Assembly: GCA_951406725.2 (NCBI GenBank)
Contig: OX597815.1
Span: 32,426,001 to 32,490,000, forward strand
Length of the DNA: 64,000 bases
From: Octopus vulgaris
Taxonomy: Eukaryota
Direction: 5' to 3'
Of the stretch, positions 22,134 through 35,507 are shown piece after piece (position 1 is the stretch's first letter; every line of letters starts with the position of its first letter). Made by a program: the position numbers and the translations under genes. The notes beneath the pieces are model-generated. The model searched no databases. It was not told where the DNA came from and saw only the letters and a list, made by a program, of their open reading frames with translations.

Positions 22134-22531
22134 TATTTTCTGTATTTTGCCTTTAGCCCTATTTTTCTTGTGCATGTCCACATATAGATGTGTGCATGAA
22201 CCTTTTTTGTGCACGTGTGTCTGTGTGTGAGCATGTATGTGGGTATGTATATATTGTTTCGCGAATGTGTGGGTGAGCATGTGTGTGTTTCATGTGAGGG
22301 TCGATGAGTATATACTTATAAGCACATGTACGTGTGTGTGTGTGGGTGTGCATGTGTAGGTATGGACATGCGTGCTCATGCGAATACTATGAACATTTTT
22401 ACTCTCTTACCTTTACTCCCTCCCCTTACTTAGCGGTCATTCTAATAGCTCTTTTGTCTTAATAACAGTCAATCACACAGTAATTTCCCTTTGTTTAACA
22501 GTCGTTTTCATAGCTTTTTTTTCAATGACCG

Positions 22532-22592
22532 CATAACTGAAGAGATGGCGGCGTGGGTTTCCGCCCCGACATCCGAAACTTGGAGTTTTATG
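22532..22592 (+). ncRNA. Type I hammerhead ribozyme motif with intact core
   Basis: Reads CATAA-CTGAAGA-GATGGCGGCGTGG(GTTT)CCGCCCCGACATCC-GAA-ACT(TGG)AGT-T-TTATG. Confidence 0.65.
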
Positions 22593-22630
22593 GCTACTGA
22601 ATAATTGTCACATATTATATTTACAGATAT

Positions 22631-22676
<46 letters not shown>

Positions 22677-22689
22677 TATAGATATATTT

Positions 22690-25110
22690 TTTTTTTTTTC
22701 TAGTTTTGGCTCAGAACTATAGCCATGCTGGAGCACTGCCGTTTTGCTACACTTTTATTACTGAGATCCTCCTCTAATATGTGGCACTTGGTGTAGAATG
22801 GAGTTTGATATAGCTACCTTCATTTATACCTCTTGCCGTGAGGTAGGTTTATCTGGGAATCTCTACAGGAAGAGTTCCAGCCTTGATTTAAAAAAACGCC
22901 TACATCTACTTTGTGCAGGTTCCTCAGGCTCTTTGGCAGGATATTAAAATGCTGTGGCCCCTGAAACTCAGGCTGTTACAGTAGCTGGTCCTGAAGCGCG
23001 ATGGCATTGTGCAGTGTTGATCCGTTCTGGCATTGGTGTAGCTTTCAATGCCAAAATTTGGCACAATTCCTTCCAGAATCTTCCAGATGTATATTACTGC
23101 ATACCTCTCCCGTCTTCTCTCCAGGGAGTAGAGTCTTAGCTGTTTCAGCCTTTCCCAGCAGCTGAGCTGTTGCAAAGAGACAATCATTTTTGTGATTGCT
23201 TCAAGGTCCGCTGTTAATTTTACACTGGTGGGTGACCATAGCTGTGAGCAGTAATCCAGGTGGCTGAGGACGAATGTCCGCCAGAGGACCATCATGGTTT
23301 CCTTATCTCTGGTTCTGAATGTTCTCAGGATCCATCCAGCCAGTCGTCTTACTTTCTCACCATCCTGCTGATGTTCACTTGGAAAGAGGTATCATCACTC
23401 ATGTCGATACCCTTGTTCCCCACTGATTTAGGCTCTGGGATTGAAATTCCCTGTGGATCGGTGTACCCTGTAAGTTTCATATTCAGTTTTGGATGCTTGT
23501 AGCACAGGGCTTGGAATTTTTCAGCATTAAAATGCATATTATTATACTCAGCCCATCTGTAAATTGAGTTCAACTCCTGCTGCAGATGTGCAACATCGCT
23601 GGGTTTCTGTATTTTCTGCGAGACTTTCATACCATTTGCGTAGCTACCAAGGGTGGCTATCCGGGCACTTGAGGGCATATCTAAGACGGTCACTATGAAA
23701 AGTAGTGCCCTGTGAAACACCGCTCACTATTTGTGTTTTCATTGAGGTGGTTCCATTGGCCACTACTACTTGACTTCTATCTTTCAGAAAGTCTACTCTC
23801 CAAGTTTTCCAGCTATGCTGATATCACGCAGTTTGTGGCATATCATACCATGATCCACCTTGTCAAAAGCTTTTGCAAAATCAAGGTATATTACGTCCAC
23901 ATTTGATTTGTTGAGTAACTGCCTCAATGCCCAGTGATAATGTTGTAAGAGTTGGGTATCACTCAGCCAATTATTTTCTTGAAGGAATGCGATTAGTTTC
24001 TCTCTGACTATCCGTTCCATGATTTTGCTGAGGTTTGAAGTCAGAGAGATAGGCCTATCGTTTTTGGCATCAGCTCTGCTTGTCCCTTTATGGATTGGGC
24101 ATATTATTCCCTCCTTCAACTTTCTTGCAGTCTGCCATTTGCAAGAAAGCTCTGGAAGAGAATCAGGACAAACGGTTGAGCTTGAGTCCACCTCAACTAT
24201 GGCTAGTAGTATATCTTCTTTGCTAATGTCAATGTATTCTATTGTAACTCTCTTGCTGGTTATAGGTTAGGCAGCAAAGAAGTCCACTGATTCGTTCACA
24301 TAATATATATCATCATCATCATTTAACGTCCATTTTCCATGCTAGCATGGGTTGGACATATATTTATATATAATATATACGAACCACTGGTTCGTTCACT
24401 TATCTGTGTTCCAATGGGGTAGTAAAGACACATTTGAATTGGTCATTCAGTACCTCACTGATCCTAGTTGGACTGTCTGTGAGGAAGCCATCCTTTTGGA
24501 AGAGGGGTCCTATCTTGCAGCGTACTGAGGCTGTTTCTTTCGTGTAATGAAAGAAGGCCTTTGGGTTTGAATTAATGTTTTTTTATAACCCAGGCTTCTT
24601 TGTCTGCTCCCTTCGTCACATAGGATTGTTGCAGCCTTTTTTCAATCTCCATCAGTGTTTTTTGGCGGGACCTTTTGCTACTTTTGGGATGCTGGTTGAG
24701 TCAATTTGCAACCTTTGTCTGTTGTCTCATGAGGATCTTCCTCTGCCTTGGAATCTTGTTCCTATTTGTTTTGGCCTTGTGCTCTGGGACATATATCTAG
24801 CATATGGCTTGCACAACAGACATGAATCATTCTAGTTTCATGTCAATGTCTGGTGTGGAGAGGCATTTCGGCCAGTTTTCTCTGAGGATATCTTTTTGGA
24901 TCGATTTCCAGTCTGCTTTGTTTAAGTTCAGATTGCAGAGATTTTGTGTTCTTTGGGCTGTATGTCTCTGGCTACTTTTGGTCCAAACATAGACAGCTCT
25001 ATTATGTTGTGATCCAAGACTTATGTCGGCGTCACTTTCACATCATGAATGATGTCCATATTGTTCATGAAGCAGAGATCCAGCATGTCATTTGCCCTAG
25101 TTGGTCTGAG
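22690..25110 (-). mobile_element. CR1/Jockey-group LINE, decayed ORF2 (endonuclease remnant to 3' tail)
   Basis: Contains RPISLTS, VIYLDFAKAFDKVDH, SYANG (decayed YADD), LDYCSQLWSP and YSLERRRERY, ending in an A-rich tail at about 22690-22700. Confidence 0.9.
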
Positions 25111-25258
25111 TACAGCTTATAATCACCTTATTTAAAATTATATGGATAATACCATACTAAATTCTGGTGCCTTCAACTTAAGTACCATATTCATTTGAAT
25201 CTAAATTTTACTGAACTTATATACGTATATATATACATATACACATACATATATTATG

Positions 25259-25390
<132 letters not shown>

Positions 25391-25409
25391 CATATATATA
25401 TTATATAAA

Positions 25410-25640
25410 GGCGGCGAGCTGGTAGAAACGTTAGCATGCTGGGCGAAATTCGTAGCCGTATTTCGTCTGTCGTTACGTTCCGAGTTCAAATTCCGCCGAG
25501 GTCGACTTTGCCTTTCATCCTTTCGGGGTCGATAAATTAAGTACCAGTTACGCACTAGGGTCGATGTAGTCGACTTAATCCCTTTGTCTGTCCTTGTTTG
25601 TCCCCTCTGTGTTTAGCCCCTTGTGGGTAGTAAAGAAATA
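25410..25640 (+). mobile_element. tRNA-derived SINE, family B
   Basis: GGCGGCGAGCTGG head, GAGTTCAAATTCC B-box and conserved core GCCTTTCATCCTTTCGGGGTCGATAAATTAAGTACCAG. Copies lie at 38560-39115, 53130-53346 and 61760-62130. Confidence 0.85.
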
Positions 25641-25743
25641 TACATATATATTATATATATATATATATATACATATATTATGTATGTATATATATATATA
25701 TATATACATACATACATATATATATATATATACATATATTATG

Positions 25744-25795
<52 letters not shown>

Positions 25796-25819
25796 TATAC
25801 ATATTATGTGTATATATGT

Positions 25820-27380
25820 ATATTCAATGCATAAGGGCAGGTATAATGCAGTATGTTTGGTTTGAATTTGTGGTGGCTGAAAAGGGGCAGGACCCCCATG
25901 AAAATTCTTAAATTTCCAATGTTGAGGAAATTTCAACCATAGGTAATTGAAATACATCAAGAAGTTTTCCCAAAGTTTCCGATTCTCATGAGGATTCTAA
26001 GACCCCTTAATGGGGGGGGGGCTTAATTCTCGAATTTTAGTAATTTTTTATTATCCAAAACTAGGTCAAAAGTACTGAATGGATCTTTATGAAATTTCGA
26101 AATTATATTCTGTGCATAGGACAGATGTAATGCAGTATATATTTGAAAGTGAGGGGGCATAAATGAGGCCATAACCCCCATGACAATTCATATATTTTTG
26201 CTGTTGATGAAATTTTAACTATAGATATTAGATACTAATAAAGTAATATTCCTAAAATTTCAACTTCAAGACCTCTTAATGGGGGCTTAACCCCCACAAT
26301 TTAGTCATTTTTCCTAAGCCAAGATGAATACGATTGTAGTCTTGGAAGCTGTAGAGTCATCAGAGTATACAAGATGAGTGTTATTTGTAATTCAATGGTA
26401 CAACAGTGTAATAGTTTGCTTTGAGATATACATAGATTGTGATCTCTGCAATGTGGTTCATAAATTGTCCAGTAAAGGAGAGGCATCTTTGTCTTCACTG
26501 ATTCAGTTGCAAAGTGTTATTTTGAGTAAATTTATTTAGTTGCAGACCTCCTTTGAATCTTTTTATTATCACTGGGTCAGAGATAGTCCCCAGATGGTAA
26601 CATTGATTTCAAGGCCTTTCCAGATGAGTGATTGGTCATTCAAAGAGATTTATAGATTGCAAATTTATTCTGTTCATTTACCTATCAGCGTAGTGATCAT
26701 TGGCAAACTCCAGAGGTGACACATTCATTTCCCCTTAGCCCTCATGTCACATAGTTGTTAATGTTTATTTGAGTTGGGTCACACCCTTCCAATTGCTATA
26801 GATCCGTAATGCATCTTACGGCTGTGCTGGTCACCTGTATGGTGAGGAATCCTACATTGGGGAGTATTAACGACTAGGGTAGGGTTGCTAACTGCTTATT
26901 GTGATCATTCATCTTTTGGTTTCCTGCAGCTTTGCTCTCTTTTACAAACCCAGTGAACATTCATATATTTCTGATTTCAAAGAAATTTGAACAATAGATA
27001 TGACACAAGTTAAAAAAGATTTCCAACAATTCAACTTCTCTGGCTGACTTTAAGACCCATTCCCCCAAATAGGAGCCATTGCTCACACATTTTAGAGCTC
27101 CATGTGCTCCATTTTTCAGGAGCAAAAACCTTTGAATAGGTTTTATAAGATTTGGATTTTGGAATCTGGGCATAAAGATGAGTAGTATGGGATAAATGTG
27201 TCATGATTAGAATTTTTGTTAGGGTGTGTAAAGAGGGAAAGAACCCTCATTAAAATTCTTAATCTCCAATCTTTGATGAGATTCGAATCATAGGTATTCC
27301 AGTTCATTAGAGAAAATATAAAAGAAAAGTCTAATTTTTCAATTCCATGTAACATAGGCAACGCCAGGTATCTCTGCTAG
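25820..27380 (+). mobile_element. Helitron-like element (3' end exact)
   Basis: Ends GGCAACGCCAGGTATCTCTGCTAG|T and carries an internal diverged tandem unit (25820-26100 vs 26105-26300). It is a paralog of 21117-21671. Confidence 0.7.
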
Positions 27381-27418
<38 letters not shown>

Positions 27419-27972
27419 ACGAGCTTCTTTCACTTTCTGTCTACCAAATCCACTCAAGGCTTTGGTCGGCCAGAGTTTATAAGTAGAAGATACTTGCTTA
27501 AGGTGCCACGCAGTGGGACTGAACCTGGAACCATGTGGTTGGGAAGCAAGCTTCTTACCACTGTGCAAATATTTCTAGAATTTCTTTAAACCTGTTACCA
27601 ACTGCAGGATCTTTCAGTTTCCATATCTTCCTTCTCCACATCTTTTGTTTCTGCACTTTGACTATTTTCTGTTTGTACACATTTCAGCTTACAGCCCAGA
27701 AGATTTCTAAGAACACATTTTATAGCACAAATTTTCTAGTTGAGTTTGTAAAACACTAACATATGCGCAAACATATTTCCCGTAACAAATTTATGCAAAC
27801 TTAGTTTTGGTTGGTGTTTAAATTGAAATTTGTTATATTCTATGCTAAATTACTATCCTCTTTCCCACCAGTACTCACAAACCATGTTTTGTTAATTTTT
27901 TGTACCAGCAGTCTTGAAGAGATCTGATTTTGTATGTCTGTAGAAAATAAAAAACAAAAAGTGATATATATA

Positions 27973-28133
27973 GGCGCAGGAGTGGCTGTGTGGTAAGTAG
28001 CTTGCTAACCAACCACATGGTTCTGGGTTCAATCCCATTGCGTGGCATCTTGGGCAAGTGTCTTCTGCTATAGCCCCGGGCCGACCAATGCCTTGTGAGT
28101 GGATTTGTAGACGGAAACTGAAAGAAGCCTGTC

Positions 28134-28175
<42 letters not shown>

Positions 28176-28402
28176 GTATGTGTGTGTGTGTTTGTGTGTC
28201 TGTGTTTGTCCCTCTAGCATTGCTTGACAACCGATGCTGGTATGTGTTTACGTCCCCGTCACTTAGCGGTTCGGCAAAAGAGACCGATAGAATAAGTACT
28301 GGGCTTACAAAGAATAAATCTCGGGGTCGATTTGCTCGACTAAAGGCGGTGCTCCAGCATGGCTGCAGTCAAATGACTGAAACAAGTAAAAGAGTAAAAA
28401 AA
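27973..28402 (+). mobile_element. Full-length tRNA-derived SINE, family A, with CR1-type tail
   Basis: A-box TGGCTGTGTGG, B-box GGTTCAATCCC, CORE-like TTGGGCAAGTG, internal (TA)n(TG)n and tail GGTGCTCCAGCATGGCTGCAG. Other copies lie at 27415-27560, 41420-41765 and 57810-58205. Confidence 0.88.
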
Positions 28403-29027
28403 GAGAGAGTATATATATATAAAGGAAACTGTGGAGTTTCCTTTCAAGAAGACTCGTCCACCACAGCAGAATTAACACTGGTGTTGTTGCCACATAAAAA
28501 GCACTTAAGCTGGCGTCATATTAAAATCACTCATGTTGGTTCCACATAGAAAACACCTGGTGCACTCTGTAGACTGATTGGTATTAAGAAGGGCATCCAG
28601 CATAGAAACCTTGCCTGTACAGACAATAGAGCCTAGTGTGGCCCCGGATCTTATCAGTGCTGGTCAAACTGTCCAATCCATGCCAGCAAGGAAACATAGG
28701 GGAAAAAAATATTGAGGAAAGCCATGTACATATTTGTTTCTCATTACCTTATGAGTTAATTATGTTGTCATTTTAAAGGTGGACTAAATGTCATGTTATG
28801 TTTCTTGTAACCGTTTACATTCTGAATTCAATTTCTGTCTGAGTCCAATTTTGCTTTTCATCCCATTTGAGATTGATGAAATAAGGTTCCAGGCAAATAC
28901 TGGAGTTGGTGGTTTTGACTAGCTCCTCTCAGCTCAAAATCATTGTCCTCAGGAATCATTGTCCAAATCAGGAAGAATATATTGTTTTTTTAAATTCCTC
29001 CATTTTTTAATACCAATTTCTACTCAG

Positions 29028-29198
29028 TAAAAAGCACCCACTACACTCGTGGAGTGGTTGGCGTTAGGAAGGGCATCCTGCCGTAGAAACACTGCCAGAT
29101 CAGACTGGGCCTGATGCAGCCTTCTGGCTTCACAGACCCCAGTTGAACCGTCCAACCCATGCTAGCATGGAAAACGGACGCTAAATGATGATGATGAT
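29028..29198 (+). mobile_element. (GAT)n-tailed retroposon, 5'-truncated
   Basis: Same family as 4975-5295. Confidence 0.85.
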
Positions 29199-32100
29199 AT
29201 CCCTTACCACAACATGCTATACATATATGTATGTCAATTCTTGCCTTATATGCCATAACCAACAAACATTTTGACTTTGTAACACTAAGCTTCGCATGAT
29301 TTACGAGCATGACTTTCAACAATCTTCTCTTTTTGAATGTGGTAATATATATATGTCACCTAAGGTTATCATCGTTGGTATTTTGTAAATGTTACTTTTA
29401 GGTTATTTATTGAGATCTTATTCTTAATGTACTTGTTAGTACTGTAAAATGCTGACATGTACTTTATCTTCTGTAGCTGTTGGGAATTATCTACTTTGAC
29501 TTGGCATTAGAAATAATATGAAATAATTAAGTCAGTGCAGAAGTCTCTACATAGTCACTTTACTTGCTAGAAATAGCAGTCAAATCACACACTAATATTT
29601 TAAAGAAGAGGGGATATAGGATAATGTGATCCTAAATATGTTGTGTTGGGGGGGGCAAAAAAGGGCAGGCTGATATTGGAATGCCCTTCTATCAAAAGTC
29701 TGCTTTAACCAGAAGCTTTCAGTTTTGCACAAACAAAATTGGGAGGGAGGTAAATTTCTAACCAAATCTGACTTCTTGTTTCAAATGGGTTTTCAACAAA
29801 CTTCGTCAGAAAGTGGTTTCAAATCTAAATGTGAATGAGGTGTTTGCCATTCTGAGCATAAAGTCTCTCTCATTGGTTAGTTTTTGTTTTGTTATTCCAG
29901 GTGTTAAGGCACCAGTAATATGCTATGACAGTTTCATTTGACTATTTCTCTTGCAGCAAGATAATGATGATGAAGTTAACTGGGGAAGGGGGACAAGAGA
30001 GAGAGAGAGAGATGACATGTGATTGGATAAGCCACAGGAGTGGTGGTAAGGAGAGAGACAAGTGGAGATAATATGGTTCAATGATGAGGGAATGAGTGAA
30101 GTGTAACTTGTTGTTGGAAAGAACAGTAAGAATGGATGAAGAATGGCTAACAAGTGAAATGGTGGTAGGAAGACACTGGCCACTTCATGTACTCTTTGGC
30201 AACATCAACCCTGGGAGAATATAGAACAATCCCTGAAGCTGGCAAGGAAATTGACTTTTGAATGTAAATTTAGAGATTTGAAAGGCAGGATTGTCATATC
30301 TGGACAATTTAATTCTAATAATTAGTTTATATTATCAAGTTCCCAATAGTTATCATCCCTTTCATTCAATAAGGATTTGATTTTCAGCAAAACATTCAAG
30401 CAACAATTGCATAATGGAATAGAAAACATAATTAAAAATTCCAGATAATTAACTGTTTGATTATACTGTAGCAACAAAGGCCAAATTGATTGCAAAAACA
30501 CCAATTTATTTTGTATTTTTCATTTACTTCTTAATAAATTAACAGAAAACTCAGTATTGTTTATCATCATTTTTACATCCACTTTCCATACTAGGTCCGT
30601 ATTCAGAGATAGTGCCTACCTCAGTAGGACAGAGGAACACATTTTGTTTGTATGTTCTATTTTCGGCATGGTTTCTATAGCTGGATGACCTTCTTAACAC
30701 CAACTACCTTACAGAAGGTTCTGGGTGCATTTTATCATGGACTCAGCACTGGAAAGGTTATCATGTCCTTGGCAAGATAAGACTCTAAGATCCTCTTGAC
30801 TCTACATTGAAAACATTTCAAGTAAACAGCAATTAAAATAATTTCTTTAAAAAATAAGAAACTGATACATACTAGAATTAAAATAACCATGTCTTATATT
30901 TTCCAGTAAATTTTTGTTAAGTAAAAAAAGTAAGCTTTGATCTTTAACAAAGTCAAAGGTATTCCAACTGGAACCACAGGGTATTTCTCAGAGTACATAA
31001 TTTAACACATGCTTTCCTTACTAATTTAAGAAATTATATTATTTCTAGCAATAAAATGTGTTTAATATATATCTGTTGGTTAAAAATATCTGAGCAAGCT
31101 TGACCAGACAGTGATAAGGAATATATCTTTTACATTAATTATAGTTTAGTATTTATCATAGCATCAATTATACTTTGTTATCATGATTAAATGTCTTTTA
31201 ATTTTTCAAGTTCATAATTAGCTAAAATATTTTCAACAGACATTAATATTCTTTCAAAAATAAACTATTTGAACATGTAAATATGAAATGCTTGCCATAC
31301 AACTAAACATCTTAATAAACACGATGGCTGTGATTGAAATTTTTTTTGTCTCAAATAAGAGAAATATAAGAAAAAAAAAAAAAGAATTGTTGTCAGGAAG
31401 GCATTCTACAATAATGCACTGGCTTAGATAGTGCTTGTCTTGTCTATACAGGCACAGAAGAAACTGTATATATAAACAATGAGGACAACGAATTGAAACA
31501 ATAGGCAATACCAGATTTGCTTGTTGTGAGAATGTGTGGATATTGTTTGACCATGTCTTTTTTAATAGCTAGAAACTGTTCTCTGTTGTCAGTTTTTTTC
31601 TGGAGCCCAAATCCATGCAACAGCAACTAATATACTCTCTGTCAGTGTGTGTGGTTTCACTTTATTTACAAATACCTTACAAATACAAATTTCATTATTG
31701 TTTAGTGTTAGGGAAATATTTTTAATATGTTTTTTTTTTTCAAATAAATTTTGTTTACATTGAGATTCTTTTTAAAATAATAGCTTGTCTAAACACAAAA
31801 TCTCTTTCATATCCCTCTAGCCTTTACACCTGGCCAAACAGTGTTTTCAAGATTGTACTCTGTACAAACTTCAACCAAAGTTTACAATCAAGGCATACAC
31901 TTTCTTTTTACTCTATGTGAAAAGAATTACCTGTCCATTTTTTAGTGAACAAAGAACTATTATGGGCAACTCATTTTCATTTATTATTGCCAGTCATTGA
32001 AGAAATGTTTACTGACATGGACTTTTCATTATTGGTTTAAAATCTCAAAGCAAACAAACTACTAAATATTAATTGGCTTCAATAAAGTTCTTGGTAGTTG

Positions 32101-33537
32101 TTGGTAGTTTATCCTTTACTCTTGAGCAAAACTTAATGTGTTGCATTATTTTGCTTAAATTCTATTATACTGGTTAATATGAAAATTTTATATTCATCTG
32201 TTTTGTTGTATATTTTTAACAGTTTAGTCACTGGGCTGCAGCTGTACTGCTTGACAGTTTCTGTCAACCAAATTTCACCCAGAAGGCATAGGCCAACTGA
32301 ACACTACTATACAAGACATTTTCCCAGGGTACCTTGCATTGAAAGTGAACCAACAACCTGTGGTTGTGAAATGAATTTCTTAACCATACAGCACTATATC
32401 TGTGATATGATATGTAAAAAAATAAAATTACAAAGAAAATCATCATCTGATTCATTGTTTCATTTAAACACAATAAATAAATAAACATAGGATTTAAATC
32501 TAGACATGTTAATAGGATAAGCTTGGCTAGACAGTCTGACATTTCTGTTTTGATGGTTGCCTACTGAGATTTCAGAAATATATATTTCACTCTTTGAGAT
32601 CAACCTTCTGAATAACTGAAAATATGAAAATTTATGCTAAATTATTTTAGGTTTCCTATTTAATATAAACTAAAAAAAGAAAACAAAATGTTTGACAAAT
32701 TATGTATACATCACATATGCACAGTGGTGCCAAATTATGGAATATGTTCTCTTAGACTCCAGAAATAGCTACATTTTTATTTCATTGATTCTAAGTGTTA
32801 TTTTATAAGATACTCTTAGAATATTGCACTGCTGAAGCCATTCTTATGTTGGTCAACAGGTCACTAGCCATGCAGTATAGATGATGCTGTGGTTAATGTG
32901 GGCTGAGGTTAACTCTTTAGCATTTAATTTGACCCAGATATTCTACCTGTTTAATTTTAAAACTGACTAGATCCAACCTCTTACACCTCCCCTACAATGT
33001 AATTCTAAAAAGATACAGACATACCATTGAAATTTTGAAGCTCCAAGATGTGTATCAATTCAAAACAAAAGTAACTAGAAAAGCACTCAGAGAGCGCCGA
33101 CCTCTGCCAAACCAGCAGGAGCAGTACAATGACAACGACAACGACGACCACCACCACCACAACTAATCTACCATTATCATCACCACAACTATCCTACCAC
33201 TATCACCACCACCACAACCACCAACATCATCAGCAGCATTGTCATTGCTTCCACTTCAACTACATACACCACCATCAACGTTATCATGACAGTTACCTTG
33301 ACAGTCACTTTCACCACCACAACCAGTATAACCACTACAATAACACTTATCATCAACACCACTATTACCACCATCACCTCTGCATCACACATCACACCGC
33401 TCCTGTCGCCATTATAACCACCGGTACTATTTTATCCTTCTCTCATACTTATCTCAACCATCATCATCATCAACACTGTCTCTGCTTTCACCACAATCAC
33501 CATCAAAACTACGATTACCACAATCAGTTTCTTCACA

Positions 33538-33790
33538 CAGTTGAAAATCCATTATCTGATACTCATGGGACCGAGATTGTTGCAGATTTTTGATTTTTCA
33601 AATTTTGGAGTGCTTTATTAAAAAAAAAAAAATTGCATCTACAAAATGGAACAGTTTGAGGATAGAAACCAGGTCTAAATACAATAGCTTATAGATATAC
33701 TCTGAATGTAGTTCTATATAAATCTTTAATAATTTTTTTTTTATACTTAAGACCATCAAAAATGTTAAGATATTAGCCTCTACTCATGTT
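33538..33790 (+). mobile_element. Tc1/mariner Tigger-like MITE remnant
   Basis: CAGTTGAAAATCCATTATCTGATACTCATGGGACC..GATTTTT resembles my recollection of Tigger4/MER46 ends. Confidence 0.5.
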
Positions 33791-33869
33791 GTCAGGCTTT
33801 GGTTAATAGGTTACAGCATAGATTAGATTACTTAGATAAGTTTCAGCCGAAGTTGACTCAGGCCATGTC

Positions 33870-34330
33870 TAATTTAATAGCACCACCTGGAAGAGATCCA
33901 CAGTCAGCTCTGGGGAACCGTAGCCCATTCAAGCAGAGTGTTTTCAGAGACATATCTGGGTGTGGGTGGTTTATCTGGTATTTGTTAGGGGTAATCATCT
34001 AGGGATCGTTTTGAATGCCGTGAAGTCACTTTCCTCTTTTATATGTGTCTGGCACAATGTTGAAGAGAGCAGGTCCAATTGAGGTGAAATAGTTCTGTCA
34101 GAGTGTTTTGATATGACACGAACATTTCTGTAGTGGATGGATGGCACGGGGGCCAAGCCTTGGACGAATTTTTTAAGATGGGCAATGTTGATGGAATGTT
34201 TTCCATATCATACAGATGATATAGAGCTCACAGTGGTGGTAGAGGGAGCAAAGCCTGAGCTTTTTGAGTCAAGCCCAATAGTCAAAGCTTGTCATGTCAT
34301 CCTCCACAGACCTCTGCCAAGCAGCTCATT
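33870..34330 (-). mobile_element. CR1-group LINE 3' fragment
   Basis: Translates to LFNIVPD...FKTILDDY..QIPDKPPTP, which resembles a CR1-group ORF2 C-terminus. Confidence 0.6.
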
Positions 34331-35507
34331 TTAAGATAGATACACAAGTAAAATTACAAATAGAGAAATGAAAATAAACTTTGGAAACAGCAACGCCACC
34401 ATAGGTTACATGCAAACAATGAACGTGTTTTCAAGGGAGATAATCAAAGAACGTAACATTGTAACACTTCATGTAAAGTAAATATAACAAATGAAAAATC
34501 CTTCAAGAATCCATAAAAATTCCCGGATCACTACCAAAATTTCATCATCTGTTCCTTGTGTCATCACCAACTCTTCCTGCAAGTTTCATCAAATACCGTC
34601 ACAACTTTATGAGTTACTTTGCACACAGACGGACAAGCCAACGTCAATGAAAACATAACCTCCTTTCTTAGCGGAGGTAATAAATAAACAATATATTTGT
34701 CAAAGAAATCTGTACACTAAAGGGTTAAGGGTTTAAGCTAGGAGTACTCAATATGGTGTGTGCAAGAAGCTGTTTCCCCACTTGTCCCAAAAGAGTTTAC
34801 TCACAAAAAGATTTTCATATTATCCAAAAAATACAGAGTGGTCAATAAAAGGAAAATGTATATATGTCTATAAAACAAAAATGTATATATGTCTATACCA
34901 ATCGTCAAACAGTATGCTATAGAGCACTGGTGCTCAGCAAGAGGGACTTAGGTGCTTTACCAGTCTTTAAAAATATAATTAATTTTTCTTCAGTGCTTGG
35001 TACTAATGAAAAGGTAAAAAAAAAAAAAAAAAAAAAAAAGGATTGCTGGCAATAATTCATTGACAGAAAATTGTCACAAAGTGTTTGATACACAAAGTAT
35101 GTTTTGTTTGTTGAAATGTAGTTGAAGTTTATAAAATATCCATTCTTGAAAACGTCTTTTTTTTTAGACTTTTTTTTGGGGAAAACCCATCAAATACAGT
35201 CTTTGAAAAGTAAGGCAATGTATTCCATAATTTGATACCATAGTGCATATATATCAAAAAGCTATAGCTTGTCAAGCATTCTTTTTAAATTTGAATTTTT
35301 ACCGAATGCAATACAAAAATTTAGATGTTTTCATATTTTCAGTTATTCAGGCTGTTGACCTCAAAGAGTGGAATATATATGTCTGGAATAGTCATTAAGT
35401 GTGCAACCCTCAAAACAAAAATATCACATTGTCAGCATGTGTGGATTTAAATATTCCCCTTTCTGTGTGTATTTAAATGATGTAGCAAATTGAATAATTC
35501 TATTTTG

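Larger units (their letters stand above)
33075..34681 (-). mobile_element. Helentron/HINE-type non-autonomous element
   Basis: CTAG at 33075, hairpin GCACTC-AGA-GAGCGC, and sub-terminal inverted repeats ACCTCTGCCAA (33100) / TTAGCGGAGGT (34668). Confidence 0.7.
32913..34724. mobile_element. piggyBac-type MITE (TTAA TSD) hosting nested insertions
   Basis: Ends read TTAA|CTCTTTAG ... CTAAAGGG|TTAA. An uninterrupted relative lies at 39540-39745 in reverse orientation. Confidence 0.7.

Noticed and set aside
27973-28045. tRNA gene
   Set aside because: It has A and B boxes but no full cloverleaf, and it continues into a SINE body.
31444-31626. Possible minus-strand exon (LLHGFGLQKK...)
   Set aside because: It has no polypyrimidine acceptor, only a weak donor, and no recognisable homology.
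33129-33593. 154-aa His/Thr-rich ORF
   Set aside because: It is a translation of a degenerate (CAC/CAT)n tract inside a transposon, with no splice or domain support.
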